Source: an uncultured Planctomycetia bacterium | GTDB lineage: Bacteria; Omnitrophota; Gorgyraeia; Pluralincolimonadales; Pluralincolimonadaceae | Reading direction: 5' to 3' | Assembly: GCA_964650515.1 (NCBI GenBank) | Contig: CAZYUB010000001.1 | Location: 65,726-129,725, forward strand | DNA: 64,000 bases | Shown: one piece after another, positions 50,315 to 59,059 of the stretch | Numbering within the stretch: position 1 is the first letter of the stretch | Layout of the letters: each line of letters opens with the position of its first letter | Program-made: the position numbers and the translations under genes | Notes under the pieces: generated by a model | What the model was told of the DNA's origin: nothing | What the model saw: the letters and a program-made list of their open reading frames with translations, nothing else | Databases searched by the model: none

Positions 50315-52021
50315 ATGGCCAAGCCGAATTTCGATAACCTTTCCATACACGAGATAACGGAGTCGATAAACAAGCGCTGGTTCTCGAAGACCGCCCTGCA
50401 GATAAAGACGAAGGACGGCTGGAATGCGCTTTCGTATGTCCCGCTCGGCGAAAGGGCAGTGGATATCTCCTCGACACTGCTGAAGCTCGGTATGGAAAAA
50501 GGCGACCGCGCGGCAATACTTTCGGAATCGCGCCCGGAGTGGGGCATCGCGCTCTTCGGGACGATCTCATGCGGCGGGATAGTCGTCCCGATAGACGTGA
50601 AGCTCAGCGAAAAAGAGATAGAGTTCATATTAAACGACAGCGGCGCGAAATTTATCTTTGTGTCGGAGAAGCACCTGCCCGAGATAGACCATATCAGGCC
50701 GAAGCTCACCGCGCTTAAGCACGTCTTCCTGCTCGATGATTCCGCGCGCGACGACGTCATAAAGATCAGCGGCTTGAAGATGAAGGAGGGGGACAGGAAA
50801 TACCTGCCGCTTGAGGCCGGCGATACCGCGGTCATCGTCTATACGTCCGGCACGACGGGTGTCGCGAAGGGCGTGGAGCTGACCTACAAGAACCTGATGT
50901 TCCAGGCGAAGGAGCTCAACCGGCTCGTCCGTTATTCCGAGGCGGATAACTTCCTGTCGATGCTGCCGCTCAACCACATGCTGGAACTTACCGGCGGTTT
51001 CCTCTCACCGCTTTACGTCGGCGCCACGATAACCTATTGCGACAGCTTAAAGCCGGCGAACATCATCGCGCTGATGAACGAGACGCGGACGACCGTAATG
51101 ATCACGGTGCCGCTGGTGCTGAAGATGTTCCACGACGGCATAATCAAAAAGGCGAGGTCGCTGCCGTTCGTCCAGAGGCAGTTCTTTTTCATCTGCCTGC
51201 ACCTTTGCAGGTTCCTCCTGAAGTTTAATATGAAACCGGGAAAAGCCGCATTCTCGAAGATACACGGCCAGTTCGGCAGGCACCTGAGGTGTTTCGTCTC
51301 GGGCGGGGCGCCGCTGGACCTTACCGTCGAGATGGATTTTAACGCGATGGGATTCACGATATTGCAGGGCTACGGGCTGACCGAGACATCACCGGTCATC
51401 GCGGTCAACACCTTCAGGGAATTGAAATACGGCTCCGTCGGCAAGCCGATCCCCGGCGTCGAGGTCAAACTGATGAAGCCCGACGGCACATTCGGCGAAG
51501 AAGGCGAGATAGTCACGCGCGGGGACCATGTTATGAAAGGGTATTACAAGAACCCCGGAAAGACCGCCGAGATGATAAGAGACGGCTGGCTGCATACAGG
51601 AGATATCGGCAAGTTCGATAAAGACGGATTCCTGTATATTACGGGCCGGATAAGGAACCTCATAGTCCTCGGCGGAGGCAAAAAGGTATTCCCGGAAGAG
51701 ATAGAGGAGGTAATGTCCGCGAGCCCGTATATAAAAGAGATATGCGTCCTCGGCAGGAAAGCAACGGAAGGGCTCAAGGCCGGCACTGAGGAGGTGTTCG
51801 CGGTCATCGTGCCCAATCTCGAACATTTTGAAGGCAGCGATAAAAAAGATAAAGACCTTATCAGGAATAAGGTAGCGTCCGAAGTAAGCCGCCTCAGCAG
51901 TAACCTTGCCGAATACAAGAAGATATCGGATTTCATGCTGTATTTCGACGAACTTCCGAAGACATCGACGAGGAAGATCAAAAGGAATGCTGTTAAAGAA
52001 CTGGCAGGGCCTACCGGTTAG
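50315..52021 (+). CDS. AMP-dependent acyl-CoA (or acyl-ACP) synthetase
   Basis: YTSGTTGVAKGV AMP-binding motif. Length is 568 aa. The start is immediately after the LbH gene stop. Confidence 0.85.
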   Translation: MAKPNFDNLSIHEITESINKRWFSKTALQIKTKDGWNALSYVPLGERAVDISSTLLKLGMEKGDRAAILSESRPEWGIALFGTISCGGIVVPIDVKLSEKEIEFILNDSGAKFIFVSEKHLPEIDHIRPKLTALKHVFLLDDSARDDVIKISGLKMKEGDRKYLPLEAGDTAVIVYTSGTTGVAKGVELTYKNLMFQAKELNRLVRYSEADNFLSMLPLNHMLELTGGFLSPLYVGATITYCDSLKPANIIALMNETRTTVMITVPLVLKMFHDGIIKKARSLPFVQRQFFFICLHLCRFLLKFNMKPGKAAFSKIHGQFGRHLRCFVSGGAPLDLTVEMDFNAMGFTILQGYGLTETSPVIAVNTFRELKYGSVGKPIPGVEVKLMKPDGTFGEEGEIVTRGDHVMKGYYKNPGKTAEMIRDGWLHTGDIGKFDKDGFLYITGRIRNLIVLGGGKKVFPEEIEEVMSASPYIKEICVLGRKATEGLKAGTEEVFAVIVPNLEHFEGSDKKDKDLIRNKVASEVSRLSSNLAEYKKISDFMLYFDELPKTSTRKIKRNAVKELAGPTG

Positions 52022-52766
52022 AGCGCCAGAGGCGGTAGAGTTCCTCGAACCCGCATTCGTTTATCTTCCTGCCGCTTTTCTTGACAGCGCGTTCGACATT
52101 ACCGAAGCGTTTCGCGAACTTTTTCGTGGCGTTGTGCAGGGATTCCTCGGCGTCGATTCCGCCGAAGCGAGAGAGTATCACTACCGCGAACAGTAAGTCG
52201 CCGATCTCCTCGGCGAGACGGCGCTTATTGCCGCTCTTGATCTCCGCCTTGACTTCATCCAGCTCTTCGTGGATCTTGTCGACGACGAACTTAACGTCCG
52301 GCCAGTCGAATCCCTGTGTCGCGGCGCGCCTTGATATCTTCTGGGCTTCTATCAGGGCGGGAAGGGTCTTCGGCACGCCGTCTAAAATGCTCTTGCGGTC
52401 CTTATAGCCCCTTTCCTTCTCCTTGCGCGATTGCCAGTGGCGGTAGGCGTCGTCGGGGTCCTTGGCTTTATGTTTTTCGAAGACATGCGGATGCCTGTTG
52501 AGCATTTTTTCGGAAGACGTGCGCAGCACGTCGTAGATGTCGAACGCGCCGCGCTCCCTGGCTATCTGCGCCTGGAAGATAACCTGGAAGAGGAAATCAC
52601 CGAGCTCATCCTTCAGTTTTTCGGGATCTTTCGAGTCGATCGCGTCGCAAAGCTCATACGCTTCCTCGATTATGTGTTTCTTCAGGGAAGCGTGCGTTTG
52701 CGCCCTGTCCCACGGGCAGCCGTCCTTCGCGCGAAGGCGCTCCATTATCTTGACTAGTTTTTTCAT
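52011..52766 (-). CDS. mazG: nucleoside triphosphate pyrophosphohydrolase MazG
   Basis: Two MazG EExxE repeats, EEAYELCDAI and EELDEVKAEI. Length is 251 aa. Confidence 0.85.
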   Translation of the reverse strand: MKKLVKIMERLRAKDGCPWDRAQTHASLKKHIIEEAYELCDAIDSKDPEKLKDELGDFLFQVIFQAQIARERGAFDIYDVLRTSSEKMLNRHPHVFEKHKAKDPDDAYRHWQSRKEKERGYKDRKSILDGVPKTLPALIEAQKISRRAATQGFDWPDVKFVVDKIHEELDEVKAEIKSGNKRRLAEEIGDLLFAVVILSRFGGIDAEESLHNATKKFAKRFGNVERAVKKSGRKINECGFEELYRLWRSNR

Positions 52767-52787
52767 ATTAAGGTATACTGATTATAG

Positions 52788-53967
52788 CATGGAACGCGTA
52801 ATACTCAAAATCCTTGTGTTCGCGGCGTTTGCGGCGCTCGCAGCGCAGCCCGCCTGCGTAGCCATTACGGTCAGGGAAGACCCTGCTGCGGCTGCAGCGT
52901 ATAACCAGATGGGCGTGGACGCTTACAACAAGGGCGCGTATAAGGCCGCGATATCCTACCTCGAGCAGGCGCTGAAACTGAACAGGGGCAACAGGACCGT
53001 CGAGAAGAACCTCGCGGTCGCTTACGCGGGCCAGTCGGAGGCGGAGCTCGAGAGGCGCAACCTGGACCTCGCCGGGCAGTACGCGCAGCAGGCGCTGAAA
53101 TATGACGGGAAGAACATCACCGCGCTTTTCGTGCTCGGTGAGATAAAATATAACTCGCAGGAACTAGATGAGGCGAAAGCGCTCTGGCAGAAGATCCTCG
53201 ATATAGACCCGGATTTCAAATACGCCGAGGAGATCAGGAAGAGGATAGGCAAGGCCGAGACCGAGAACAAGGTCGAAAAAGAATACCGCTCTTCCGGGAT
53301 CGACCAGTTCGATATCAGGTACGCTAAGGAGGGCGCGCGGACCAGTTATAACGTGCGGTACTACCTGCAGGAAGCGTACAGGATACTCGGGCAGGAGTTC
53401 GATTACCGGCCGAAATACAGGATAGGCGTCATCCTTTACGACAGGGGCGATTTCGAGTCCATTCGCGACTGGAAGGGCGGCGCGAGCGGCATCTATGACG
53501 GCAAGATCCGGCTGCCGTTCGTCGGGGCGGGGTTCTCCGGCGACGAAATAAAGGGGATCGTCTGGCATGAATACACGCACCTGCTCGTCAATGATATCTC
53601 GCTCGGCAAGGCGCCGGACTGGCTCCACGAGGGGCTCGCTTATTACGAACAGTACAGGTGCATGCGCAGCAACCTCACGATACTGAAGAATGCCGTGAAG
53701 AACGACCTGTTGTTGGGGTTCGCCGAGCTTGATGGCGTTATCGGCGCCTCGACGGATAATGTACAATATCACCTTGCCACCCAGGAAGCGTATACGCTCG
53801 TGAAATATATGATGAAGAGGTACAATAAATACACGGTAAGGGAAATGCTCAGGATGCTCGGGGAAGGGATGGCATTCGAGGAAGTGGCGAAAAAGAAACT
53901 GTACGTGACTGTGCAGGAGCTCGAGAAACGCTGGTTGAAAAAGCTGAAAGCGGGGGAACTTTACTGA
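52788..53967 (+). CDS. secreted TPR-repeat protein with C-terminal HExxH (MA-clan-like) domain
   Basis: Start is placed at MERVILKILVFAAFAALAAQPACVA (signal peptide). TPR units are present. HEYTH and downstream EGLAYYE could be zinc ligands. Upstream part of the track ORF overlaps mazG and is rejected. Confidence 0.6.
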
Positions 53968-53968
53968 T

Positions 53969-54865
53969 ATGGCGGAAGATAATAAGATCAAGTCCGGTTT
54001 CGTCGCGATAGTCGGAAGGCCCAACGTCGGCAAGTCGACGGTGCTGAACCGCCTCGTCGGCGAAAAGGTCGCGATAGTCACCGAAAAGCCGGAGACGACG
54101 CGCAACAGGATACAGGGCATACTGACGGACAAGGACGCGCAGGTCGTCTTTGTGGATACGCCGGGCATACATAAGCCGAAGAACCTGCTCGGCAAGTACA
54201 TAACGAAGGCCGCGAAGGACTCGCTGCTCGAGGTCGACCTCGTCATATTCATAATCGACATGACAAAGGGTATCACCGACGAGGACAAGCTGATATTCAA
54301 GCTCGTGAAAGAGGCCGGCAAGCCCGCGCTGCTGCTGATAAACAAGGTCGACCTCAAGAGCAAATCACTCGCTCTGCCGCTCATAGAGGAGGCCGCGAAG
54401 CTTTACGATTTCAAGGAGCTGATACCGACATCGGCCCTGACCGGCGACAATATGGACGCGGTATTGGCGATGGCCATAAAGCACCTTCCGTACGGGCCGA
54501 AACTGTTCCCGGACAGCCAGTTTACCGATAAGACCGAAAGGTTCATGGCCGGCGAGATCGTCCGCGAGAAGGCGCTCGAGCTCACGCACGAAGAGGTCCC
54601 GCATTCGATAGCGGTGCTTATCGAGGAGTTTGCCGAAAGGCCGAAGAAGGTAACCTTCATCAGGGCGACGATATACGTCGAGCGGCAGTCGCAGAAGAAG
54701 ATAATAGTCGGGCACAGGGGGCAGATGCTCAAGTATATCGGCGAAGCCGCGAGAAGGGACATCCAGAAACTGATCGGAAGGCATGTTTTTATAGAACTCT
54801 GGGTCAAGGTCCATGAGAACTGGCGCAAGGACCCCCAGGCGCTGAAGGTCCTCGGTTATACATGA
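53969..54865 (+). CDS. era: GTPase Era
   Basis: G1 GRPNVGKST. G3 DTPG. G4 NKVD. C-terminal KH domain is present. Confidence 0.95.
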   Translation: MAEDNKIKSGFVAIVGRPNVGKSTVLNRLVGEKVAIVTEKPETTRNRIQGILTDKDAQVVFVDTPGIHKPKNLLGKYITKAAKDSLLEVDLVIFIIDMTKGITDEDKLIFKLVKEAGKPALLLINKVDLKSKSLALPLIEEAAKLYDFKELIPTSALTGDNMDAVLAMAIKHLPYGPKLFPDSQFTDKTERFMAGEIVREKALELTHEEVPHSIAVLIEEFAERPKKVTFIRATIYVERQSQKKIIVGHRGQMLKYIGEAARRDIQKLIGRHVFIELWVKVHENWRKDPQALKVLGYT

Positions 54866-54874
54866 TCGGCGGAT

Positions 54875-56566
54875 ATGAATAAATACGTAATACCTGCATC
54901 CCTGCTCCTGGTCCTTATCATGACATTTGTATCCTTCTATCCATGCCTCGGGAACGGTTTTACGCAGTGGGACGACAACCACCTTGTCACGGAGAACAGG
55001 CTTATACGCGACATCTCGCCGCGCGGCATCATCCGTATCTTCTCGACAGCGGATAACAGCAATTATAACCCGCTCACTCTCGTGTCCTACGCCGTGGAAT
55101 ACCGCCTCGCGGGGCTCGGTGACCCGTTCGTCTTCCACGCAACAAACCTTGCGCTGCACCTGCTGAATTCCGCCCTCGTCTTCTGGTTCATATACCTGGT
55201 AAGCAGGAGCGCGGCGGTATCGGTAATAACGGCGCTGTTGTTCGGCGTACACCCGATGCATGTCGAATCCGTCGCCTGGATCGCCGAACGAAAAGACGTG
55301 CTCTATTCGTTCTTCTTCCTGTCATCGCTGGTCGCCTACGTTTATTCCACGGAAAAAGGAGGGAGGAGGGGATTTTATTATCTTTCTCTGTGCCTCTCCC
55401 TTTTATCCATGCTTTCGAAGACCATGGCCGTCACTATGCCCGCGGTATTGCTGCTTATCGATTACCTGCTGCGCAGGAAGATAGACGGCAAGTCCCTGAT
55501 GGGGAAGGCGCCGTTTTTCGCGATAGCGTTCATCGTCGGCGCGGCGGGCTATTTCGCGCAACACGGCGGCGGGGCCCTGGGCCAGGCATACTTCGGGCCG
55601 GTAAAGAACGCGATGGTGGCGGTATACGGCCTCGGGTTTTACCTGAAGAAACTCTTTTTCCCGTCGGGCCTTTCCGCGTTCTATCCGTATCCGGCGGGCG
55701 CAGGGGACGCCATAACAGGCATGTTTCTTGCTTCGTTGCCGTTATTGCTGGCCGCGGCGGCGGCCGTCATCATTTCGTCCAGGTATACGAGAAAGGCGGT
55801 CTTCGGCGCGCTTTTCTTCCTCGTAGTCCTGTCGCCTGTGCTGAAATTCATCCCGCTCGGCAGGGCGATAGCCGCCGACCGTTATGTATATATCGCGTAC
55901 ATCGGGTTGTTTTACGTTATAGCCGAAGGCCTTTGCTCCATGGGGCGCAAAGGACCGGCCTTTAAATTCATGGTATCGGCGGCTGCAGCGGCGGCAATAT
56001 GTTTCCTGTCGTACCTGACATGGCAGAGGTGTTTCGTATGGAAGGACGATATCTCGCTGTGGAACGACGCGCTTAAACGCTATCCGAGCACGGAGGCCTA
56101 TTTCGGGCGCGGCGTAGGCCATGCCAACGCGGGACGGATTGACGACGCCATGCGGGATTATAACAAAGCGCTCGAATACGACCCGTACCTGAGCGACGTA
56201 TACGTAAACAGGGGGATACTATACGCGGCCACGGGGCAGGCGGAGAAGGCCCTGGAAGATTACTCGACCGCAATAATGTTAAGCCCCGGTTCGTATAAAC
56301 CGTATTATAACCGCGGCCTTATCTACGTCGCTATCGGGGATTACGAGAGGTCTGTCGGGGACTTCAGCGAGGTGATAAAACTAAAACCCGGCCATGCCGA
56401 GGCGTACTCGAACCGCGGCGCGAGTTTCGGCAATATGGGCAGGAACGAAGAGGCCATCGCCGATTTTGAAAAAGCAATAGAGATAGACCCGGGCTGCGAG
56501 GAAGCGCTTCGCAACAGGGCGGCCTATTATAATTCCAAAGACGAAAAATCGGGCAAAGCCCCTTGA
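54875..56566 (+). CDS. GT-C fold glycosyltransferase (PMT/TMTC-like) with C-terminal TPR repeats
   Basis: About 380 aa polytopic N-terminal region. Five or more TPR units at the C-terminus: YFGRGVGHANAGRIDDAMRDYNKALEYDP... Confidence 0.55.
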   Translation: MNKYVIPASLLLVLIMTFVSFYPCLGNGFTQWDDNHLVTENRLIRDISPRGIIRIFSTADNSNYNPLTLVSYAVEYRLAGLGDPFVFHATNLALHLLNSALVFWFIYLVSRSAAVSVITALLFGVHPMHVESVAWIAERKDVLYSFFFLSSLVAYVYSTEKGGRRGFYYLSLCLSLLSMLSKTMAVTMPAVLLLIDYLLRRKIDGKSLMGKAPFFAIAFIVGAAGYFAQHGGGALGQAYFGPVKNAMVAVYGLGFYLKKLFFPSGLSAFYPYPAGAGDAITGMFLASLPLLLAAAAAVIISSRYTRKAVFGALFFLVVLSPVLKFIPLGRAIAADRYVYIAYIGLFYVIAEGLCSMGRKGPAFKFMVSAAAAAAICFLSYLTWQRCFVWKDDISLWNDALKRYPSTEAYFGRGVGHANAGRIDDAMRDYNKALEYDPYLSDVYVNRGILYAATGQAEKALEDYSTAIMLSPGSYKPYYNRGLIYVAIGDYERSVGDFSEVIKLKPGHAEAYSNRGASFGNMGRNEEAIADFEKAIEIDPGCEEALRNRAAYYNSKDEKSGKAP

Positions 56567-56639
56567 ATTTCAGCCATCATATGGCATACTTTAATTGACC
56601 GAAAGGGCGGTCCGGCCGCCGGCCGGGCCTGACGCTCGG

Positions 56640-56790
56640 TGCGAAATACCCAAAGCGCACCGACCCCCATCAGGGCCGAAAGGGCGTGACGCAAAACTTC
56701 GGGCCTAAACCGAGGCCATTCCAGGTGGCACGGCAGGGCGGCGGAGTTACCGAAACCGGAGAAAAGGTCAAAGGCGTAGGTTGCCTCCCT
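56640..56790 (+). ncRNA. cyclic-di-GMP-I (GEMM) riboswitch aptamer
   Basis: CAGGGCCGAAAGGGCGUGACGCAAAACUUCGGGCCUAAACCGAGGCC...GGCAGGGCGGCGGAGUUACCGAAACCGG parallels V. cholerae Vc2 CAGGGCAAACC..GAAAG..GGGACGCAAAGCCUCCGGCCUAAACC...GGUAGGUAGCGGGGUUACCGAUGG. 5' boundary is uncertain. Confidence 0.6.
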
Positions 56791-56812
56791 TTATCGGTCG
56801 ACGTAAGATTTC

Positions 56813-56858
56813 GCCAGCGGCTAGAAGGAAGAGTTCCACAGCCGCTGGCCTGTTTTTT
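56813..56858 (+). terminator. intrinsic terminator in the riboswitch expression platform
   Basis: GCCAGCGGCT-(17 nt)-AGCCGCTGGC 10 bp stem followed by TGTTTTTT. Confidence 0.65.
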
Positions 56859-56882
56859 GCGAGCTGCGTAAGCAGCGAGCAT

Positions 56883-56907
56883 CCCGCAGATAGAATCTGC
56901 GGGAGAG
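56883..56907 (+). promoter_or_regulatory. SD-sequestering hairpin
   Basis: CCCGCAGA-TAGAA-TCTGCGGG is a perfect 8 bp stem. Its 3' arm overlaps GGGAGAG, the RBS of the ATG at 56912. Confidence 0.55.
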
Positions 56908-56911
56908 ACTC

Positions 56912-59044
56912 ATGCTTATATTTCGATGTTCTTCTCAGCAAGCGCAATCGCGCTTGCCATTTTGTTTTATAGCCTATATAATACAGCTGATGAACCCTGC
57001 CAACGTGAGCAATTTAGACAGAGCCGCGGTAGTCAGGAAGATACCGCTTTTTTCGGACCTGCCGCAGGTGGCGCAGAAGCTTATAGAAGAGCGCTGCTAC
57101 ATAGCGGAGTACAGGAAGGGCCATATCCTGTACAGGGAAGGCCTTCCGTCAGATTCTTTTTATTGTATCGTCTCCGGCCGTGCGAAAGTGTTCGTGAAGA
57201 CGCCTTCGGGCGAGGAGAAGACCCTCATATTCCTGCACAGGGGCGATTACGTCGGGATCGTGTCCCTGCTGACCAACGAGCCCCATTCCGCTTCGGTGCA
57301 GATGGTCAACGATTCCGTAGTCCTCAGGATAGACAAGAAGGATTTCGGCCAGCTTCTTAACGATGTCCCGCAACTCGCGCTTAAGCTCAGCGAATCGCTT
57401 TCGCGCCGCCTGAAAAGGAAAGAATCCAGGGCCAAGGCCGTATTCGAATCCACGATAATATCGGTCTATGGGCCCGCCAAGAAGACCGGCAGGACGATGT
57501 ATTCGGTGAACCTCGCGATAGCGCTCGCTTACGAGACGCGCAAAAAGGTCATGCTGATAGATATGAGCGCGACGGGCAAAGAATGCTCGTCGATGCTGCG
57601 CATGGAAGGCGAACTCCCCTGCGTCGGCATGGAGTCCGGCATGCTCAGTTACGAGGACGTGAAGGACAAGATGATCAAGTATGAGGCCGGGGGCATATTC
57701 CTGCTTAACGCCGCCTGCGGCCCGTCATCGCGCATAGACTCAGGCACGGTGATATCACTGCTCAGTTCGATAGCCGCGGAATTCAATTATATTGTCGTGG
57801 ATATGCCCGCGGAGATGGACAAGCCGATATATTCCGTATTGACCCAATCCGACCTGATACATATCGTCACCGATTCCGGGGAGCATAATCTCAGGTCCAC
57901 CGGACGGCTCATAGAGGAGCTCAGGAAGACGGTAAAGGACCCCGACGCGACGATAAAGACGATAATAAACGAATTCGTCATGACAAAGACATTCGAGGAG
58001 GAGATCAAGCTTCTCGGGCACAAGGCGTACGCGACATTGCCGGACCTTGGTATGCTTGCGGGAATGATGGCAGCGGGCCTGCCGCCGGTCCTCGCGGTGC
58101 CGGAATGCCTCTATTCGAGGTCGGTGCGCAGGATCGCCAGGGAGATAGGCAGGATACTCGTGGGCCTCGCGCTCGGTTCAGGCGCGGCGCTCGGCCTTGT
58201 CCATATAGGGGTGCTGAAAGTCCTCGAGAAAGAGAAGATACCGATAGATTTTATCGCGGGGACCTCGATCGGCGCGGTCGTAGCCGCGTTCTGGGCGTCG
58301 GGCATGGAAGCGGCCGAGCTCGAAAAGGTCGCGATGAGGTTCAAGGACAGGAAGATGCTGCTTTCGCTCGCGGACTTCTCGCTGATGCCTCTGCAGGGTT
58401 TCCTTAACGGGAACAACCTCAAGAAACTTTACCGTGAGTACCTCGGAAGGAAGACGTTCCACGACACGCATACGCCGCTCAAGATAGTCGCGAACACGCT
58501 GCGCTCGCGCGAAAACATAATATTCGACGAGGGAAGCCTGGTCGACGCGGTCCGCGCGTCGAGCTCGATACCCGCGATAATAAAGCCGGTCCGTTACGGC
58601 GATGATTTCCTGATAGACGGCGGGACGTTCGATCCGGTGCCGATAGACGTGCTCATGAAAGGCGGCGCAAAGAAGATCATAGCGGTCAACTGCCTGCCGA
58701 GCCAGGACGAGATGAAGAAGATATTCGACGAGTTCGAGCAGAAACGCCGCAAGGAAGAGGCAAAACTCGCGAACGGCTCGATATTCGCGCGCATATCGTA
58801 TAATTTCAATAACTGGGTGCGCAGGACATTCGCGCCGAACGTATTCGACGTGATGATGAACACCTCGCTCGCCATGCAGTATGTGCTGGCCGAGGAGTCG
58901 TCGCGCGAAGCGGACTGCGTAATACACCCCATACTCACGAACGCGGTCTGGTTCGAGCTGTATAAGGCGGAAGAGCTTATCAAGCGCGGTGAGGAGGAGA
59001 CACGCAGGATGCTCCCCCAGATAAAAGCGCTTATCGAAGAATAA
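56912..59044 (+). CDS. cNMP-binding domain - degenerate ParA/CpaE-like domain - patatin-like phospholipase
   Basis: cNMP-binding beta-barrel at about aa 40-160. Central MinD/ParA-like segment without an intact Walker A. Patatin motifs GLALGSGAALG (GxGxxG), GTSIGAVV (GxSxG) and IDGGTFD (DGG). Confidence 0.75.
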   Translation: MLIFRCSSQQAQSRLPFCFIAYIIQLMNPANVSNLDRAAVVRKIPLFSDLPQVAQKLIEERCYIAEYRKGHILYREGLPSDSFYCIVSGRAKVFVKTPSGEEKTLIFLHRGDYVGIVSLLTNEPHSASVQMVNDSVVLRIDKKDFGQLLNDVPQLALKLSESLSRRLKRKESRAKAVFESTIISVYGPAKKTGRTMYSVNLAIALAYETRKKVMLIDMSATGKECSSMLRMEGELPCVGMESGMLSYEDVKDKMIKYEAGGIFLLNAACGPSSRIDSGTVISLLSSIAAEFNYIVVDMPAEMDKPIYSVLTQSDLIHIVTDSGEHNLRSTGRLIEELRKTVKDPDATIKTIINEFVMTKTFEEEIKLLGHKAYATLPDLGMLAGMMAAGLPPVLAVPECLYSRSVRRIAREIGRILVGLALGSGAALGLVHIGVLKVLEKEKIPIDFIAGTSIGAVVAAFWASGMEAAELEKVAMRFKDRKMLLSLADFSLMPLQGFLNGNNLKKLYREYLGRKTFHDTHTPLKIVANTLRSRENIIFDEGSLVDAVRASSSIPAIIKPVRYGDDFLIDGGTFDPVPIDVLMKGGAKKIIAVNCLPSQDEMKKIFDEFEQKRRKEEAKLANGSIFARISYNFNNWVRRTFAPNVFDVMMNTSLAMQYVLAEESSREADCVIHPILTNAVWFELYKAEELIKRGEEETRRMLPQIKALIEE

Positions 59045-59059
59045 TAAAGGAGAGTCATA

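Noticed and set aside
56590-56660. Possible second (tandem) c-di-GMP aptamer 5' of the main one (repeated CGAAAGGGCGG and GACGC motifs)
   Set aside because: Only fragmentary motif similarity is present. It is more likely to be the P1 or 5' flank or the promoter region. Leave it to cmsearch.
56954-56992. Promoter-like TTGCCA-17-TATAAT with ATG 56990 as the sole true start of the patatin gene
   Set aside because: ATG 56912 has a good GGGAGAG SD that the riboswitch hairpin sequesters. ATG 56990 has no SD and would need a leaderless transcript. It is kept only as a possible alternative isoform.
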